Shown: positions 61,068 through 64,000 of the stretch, one piece after another
Layout of the letters: each line of letters opens with the position of its first letter
How positions within the stretch are numbered: position 1 is the stretch's first letter
NCBI GenBank assembly: GCA_044344255.1
Contig: JBIJDH010000018.1
Coordinates: 71,278 to 135,277 of the forward strand
Direction of reading: 5' to 3'
DNA: 64,000 nucleotides
DNA from: Myxococcota bacterium
GTDB taxonomy: Bacteria > Myxococcota_A > UBA796 > UBA2385
Program-made: the position numbers and the translations under genes
Notes under the pieces: generated by a model
Seen by the model: only the letters and a program-made list of their open reading frames with translations
What the model was told of the DNA's origin: nothing
Databases searched by the model: none

Positions 61068-62593
61068 GGGTGGCGCATCCCCGCCCACTCTTCTTCGTAG
61101 AGCCGCACCAACACCTGATTGTCGAGGCGATTGATCTCGGAGGGGAGGGGAGAGAGGTCGGCCGGGAAGATGAAGAGGGTGGGCAGGAGCTCGGCGGTGA
61201 GGAACTGGAGGCCCGCCGGGAGCGCGCCGGAGGGCTCCGGTCGTCGGTGCCCGCCGAGCACGAAGCCCCACTCGCCGAAGGAGGGGATGTAGCTGTGATA
61301 GGGCCGCGCCTCGAGGCCGGCGGCCTGCACGGTCTCGAAGATGCAGCTCCAGGCGCGGCGCGAGAAGAGGGGGCTCGTCGACTGGATCGAGAAGGCCCCT
61401 TCGGGGGCGATGGCGCGCCCGAGCATCTGATAAAACTGGCGGCTGTAGAGTTTGCCGAGCCCGTGGTTGTTCGGATCGGGGAAGTCGAGGATGGCGATGT
61501 CGAAGGGCGCCTCGGCGAGCTGCCGCAGCCAGACGAAGGCGTCCTCGTTGACCACGCGCAGGCGGGGGTCGGACAGGGAGCCCTGATTGAGCGTGGCGAG
61601 CTCGGGGCGCTCGCGGAAGAGGCGGGTCATCTCGGGGTCGAGGTCGACGAGCACGACCTCCTCGACGCTCGGGTGTCGCAGCACCTCCCGCACGGCGAGG
61701 CCGTCCCCGCCGCCCATCACGAGCACGCGCCGGGGGCGGTCCACGGCGATCATCGGGACGTGCACGAGGGGCTCGTGGTAGCGGTGCTCATCGACCGAGC
61801 TGAATTGCAGGGCCCCGTCAATATAGAGGCGGATGTCGGCGCCGCGGTGGGTGACGACGAGGCGCTGATAGGGGGACTGGACGCGGAGGGCGATAGGGTC
61901 TGCAAACAGGGCGGCCTCGATGCGCTCCTCCCAGCCGCGGGCGAAGATCAGCGCGCCGCCCAGCAAGGCGATGGCACCGCCGGACAGGACCTGGAGCCTG
62001 CGCTTCACCGGCTGGGGCGCCTCGAAGACGGAGGCCGTCCAGAGGGCCACCCCGGCGTTGACGAGCCCGACCGCGAGGCTGGCCTGGAAGAGCCCCAGGC
62101 GAGGCAGGAGGAAGAGCGGGAAGAGCAGGCTCGCCGCCAGGGCGCCGATGTAGTCGAGGAAGAGCACCCGGGCGAGGAGCTCCTTCAGGCTCGCCTCCTT
62201 CTCGAGGATGCGCACCAGGAGCGGCAGCTCGAGGCCGACCCCCGCGCCCACGAGGCCCACCATCACGAAGACCATCGGGCGGAAGGCGGGCGTGTACGCG
62301 AAGCCTGCGTAGAGGACCGGCCCCTCGAAGCCCCCGAGCAGGGCGACGGCCAGCTCCACCTCGACGAAGCGCGCGACGAGGTTGCCCTCGACGTGCTTGG
62401 ACAGGTAAGAGCCCACCCCCATCGCCGACAGGTAGGTGCCGATCACCAGGGAGAACCAGGTGATGGAGTCGCCGAGCAGATAGGAGGAGATCGCGCCGGC
62501 CACGAGCTCGTAGATGAGGCCGCAGGTGGCGATCAGGAAGACGGACAGGAAGAGCACCCGCGTCATCGGCGGGAGCGTCGGGCGAGCGTGCAT
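61064..62593 (-). CDS. speE: Membrane-anchored spermidine-synthase-family aminopropyltransferase (N-terminal ~7 TM plus SpeE domain)
   Basis: TM region IYELVAGAISSYLLGDS.... SpeE core: YQRLVVT, LYIDGALQFSSVDEHRYHE, VLVMGGGDGLAVREVL, LVDLDPEM, DFPDP. An alternative ATG lies at 62566. Confidence 0.85.
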   Translation of the reverse strand: MHARPTLPPMTRVLFLSVFLIATCGLIYELVAGAISSYLLGDSITWFSLVIGTYLSAMGVGSYLSKHVEGNLVARFVEVELAVALLGGFEGPVLYAGFAYTPAFRPMVFVMVGLVGAGVGLELPLLVRILEKEASLKELLARVLFLDYIGALAASLLFPLFLLPRLGLFQASLAVGLVNAGVALWTASVFEAPQPVKRRLQVLSGGAIALLGGALIFARGWEERIEAALFADPIALRVQSPYQRLVVTHRGADIRLYIDGALQFSSVDEHRYHEPLVHVPMIAVDRPRRVLVMGGGDGLAVREVLRHPSVEEVVLVDLDPEMTRLFRERPELATLNQGSLSDPRLRVVNEDAFVWLRQLAEAPFDIAILDFPDPNNHGLGKLYSRQFYQMLGRAIAPEGAFSIQSTSPLFSRRAWSCIFETVQAAGLEARPYHSYIPSFGEWGFVLGGHRRPEPSGALPAGLQFLTAELLPTLFIFPADLSPLPSEINRLDNQVLVRLYEEEWAGMRHP

Positions 62594-62602
62594 TCGCGCG
62601 GG

Positions 62603-62818
62603 CTATCCGACCGAGGCGGAGATGATGATCGCTAGCCCGAGGATGACCGAGCCCATGATGATGGCCAGCGCCGTGTTCTGGTCCTCCTCGATCTCCTTGC
62701 GGACCGAGAAGGGGATCACCTTCACCATCACCACGAAGGCGACGAGGAAGATGACCACCCCCATCCCGGAGTAGGCGAGGGTGGCGAGGAGGGAGTCAGT
62801 GTCGAGGGGGTTGTGCAT
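62603..62818 (-). CDS. DUF350 (YjfL-like) small membrane protein
   Basis: 71 aa, two to three TM helices; ...FSVRKEIEEDQNTALAIIMGSVILGLAIII... fits DUF350. Confidence 0.75.
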   Translation of the reverse strand: MHNPLDTDSLLATLAYSGMGVVIFLVAFVVMVKVIPFSVRKEIEEDQNTALAIIMGSVILGLAIIISASVG

Positions 62819-62827
62819 GGGGCGCTC

Positions 62828-63058
62828 CTATTTTCCGCCGCTGTATCCGCCGGAGCCGCTGTAGCCCGAGCCCGAGCTGGGCCGAGTGACGACGATCGGG
62901 CGATACGAAGCAGGGTTCTCGCGCACGGAGGGGGGCAAGGCGGAGGTGGTGAGATCGTCGGCGACGGGACCGCTGACGATCCGATAGAGGCTGAAGAGGG
63001 CGACGAAGACGCCGGCCAACACCGCCGCCTGGTAGGGGAGCCAGTGGGAGTGGTTCAT
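62828..63058 (-). CDS. Small single-pass membrane protein with Gly/Ser/Tyr-rich tail
   Basis: 76 aa. TM helix QAAVLAGVFVALFSLY. C-terminus SSGSGYSGSGGYSGGK. Tightly packed within the operon. Confidence 0.5.
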   Translation of the reverse strand: MNHSHWLPYQAAVLAGVFVALFSLYRIVSGPVADDLTTSALPPSVRENPASYRPIVVTRPSSGSGYSGSGGYSGGK

Positions 63059-63133
63059 GTTAGGCGTGGCCTCTCGGGGCGGTCATTCGGTCCATTCCGT
63101 TGTGCGGTCCGTCGTGTGGGTGGTCATCCCGGT

Positions 63134-64000
63134 TCAGAGCCCCGATCCGCTCCAGCGCCGCTGCTCGAAGCTGCTGCGCAGGAAGTGGAGGAGCCCGAGC
63201 AGGCCGAGCCCCCAGCCGAGGACGAGCAGGGCGGGCCAATAGTCGCGCGGCCGGAGCTCGACCGACACCGTGGCGACCGCCGTTGGGCCGGTCTCGGGGC
63301 GGGTGACGCTCAGCACATAATCCCCGGGCGCCGGGTTCATGTCGACAGAGCCGGTGCCACCCCAGTGGGTCGTCTCATAGAGGTGGTCGGTGCTGGAGCC
63401 GATGAGGCTCAGCGTGAGGGCCTCGCTCGACCGAAAGGAGACCCGCACGGTGTGGTTGAGATCGTCGGGGACGGTGAAGGCCTCGGTGAGGACCGGGGCC
63501 TCCTCCCCGGTGAGGTGGGTCGTCCCCTGGGCGAGGAGCTCACCCCCGGGGGCCAGCAGCGTGAGCATGAGCAGCAGGCTGCCTGCGATCAGGAAGGCGG
63601 CGACGGCGCCGTGCGCCGTCTTCAGCGCAGCGGCCTCCGCGTAGGGGTTCGGCTGGTGGGGGCCGACGCCGGTGGGGGCGGGCAGGCTCTTCTGGAAGGC
63701 GCGCTCGACCTCTTCGACCGAGAGGTAGGTGCCGACGGACCAGGTGATCTCACCGGCGCTCTTCTCTCGGCTGAGCATGCGGGGCGGGGCGACGAAGTCA
63801 ATCGTCTCGACCGACTCGCCCTGGGCGACCTCCCACGTAAACTCGCCGATCGCGTAGGAGACCGTCGCTTTGCCACGGTTGAAGGCGAGAAAGTCCTCGC
63901 CTTCGTGCTGACATGACTGGGTGTTTGGCTTCTCGGGGGGCGTGAAGAGGAGCTCCGCCAGGCTCCAGTGGTGGTTGGGGTCTTCGACCAGCCAGCGGAA
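63134..64000 (-). CDS. DUF4178 domain membrane protein (5' end outside window)
   Basis: The frame is open to base 64000: ...FNRGKATVSYAIGEFTWEVAQGESVETIDFVAPPRMLSREKSAGEITWSVGTYL..., followed by TM helices. The pattern is typical of DUF4178. Confidence 0.7.
   Translation of the reverse strand, partial: FRWLVEDPNHHWSLAELLFTPPEKPNTQSCQHEGEDFLAFNRGKATVSYAIGEFTWEVAQGESVETIDFVAPPRMLSREKSAGEITWSVGTYLSVEEVERAFQKSLPAPTGVGPHQPNPYAEAAALKTAHGAVAAFLIAGSLLLMLTLLAPGGELLAQGTTHLTGEEAPVLTEAFTVPDDLNHTVRVSFRSSEALTLSLIGSSTDHLYETTHWGGTGSVDMNPAPGDYVLSVTRPETGPTAVATVSVELRPRDYWPALLVLGWGLGLLGLLHFLRSSFEQRRWSGSGL

Noticed and set aside
1-64000. Search for mobile elements, prophage, tRNA/rRNA genes, toxin-antitoxin pairs or known defence systems.
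   Set aside because: I recognised no integrase, transposase or recombinase motifs, no cloverleaf-like low-GC islands and no cas or restriction-type genes. The only insertion-like signal is the 23-nt direct repeat reported in the findings.

Overview
High-GC (~70%) chromosomal segment, very probably from a myxobacterium. Three proteins end in MYXO-CTERM-like tails (Cys, then a TM helix, then an Arg cluster), and several proteins carry Cys/Asp-rich CDGxDNDCDG repeats. I call about 55 protein-coding genes. I recognised no rRNA, tRNA, CRISPR array, transposase or integrase. Layout: (1) 1-10530, mostly minus-strand envelope and signalling genes: CapA-like, GGDEF, rhomboid, an HTTM protein with a partner, HtrA, and a 1152-aa protein with six lamin-tail domains. 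(2) 10640-18365, housekeeping and miscellaneous genes: EamA, DUF2786, RbgA, DUF808, a MopE-repeat surface protein, YaeQ and a DEAD-box helicase. (3) 18472-36257, a Wzx/Wzy-type polysaccharide locus with GT2, a nucleotidyltransferase, a sulfotransferase-GT4 fusion, two further GT4s, a priming phosphoglycosyl transferase, a deacetylase, a PCP/Wzc-like protein, Wzy, Wzx, Wza and GalE. (4) 37480-45331, the most interesting part. A carrier-protein aminoacylation cassette (tandem alpha/beta-hydrolase, ACP, ACAD-like flavoenzyme, class-II aaRS-like amino acid:carrier-protein ligase, DUF1839-like protein) is translationally coupled to a GH2 beta-mannosidase-like gene directly downstream of the polysaccharide locus. 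(5) 45370-54218: VanX-like dipeptidase, a discoidin-like secreted protein, a pentaheme cytochrome, an 887-aa MopE-repeat lipoprotein, a small cyclase module flanked by a 23-nt direct repeat, and a NAGPA-like phosphodiester glycosidase. (6) 54329-58117: an orphan 1262-aa cytoplasmic vWA protein. (7) 58086-64000: a minus-strand membrane polyamine-like operon (DUF4178, small TM protein, DUF350, membrane SpeE, Tat-FAD oxidase, polytopic membrane protein, AdoMetDC). Many long ORFs in the supplied track are antisense shadows typical of high-GC DNA and were rejected. All family assignments come from motif reading by eye and need HMM or BLAST confirmation.
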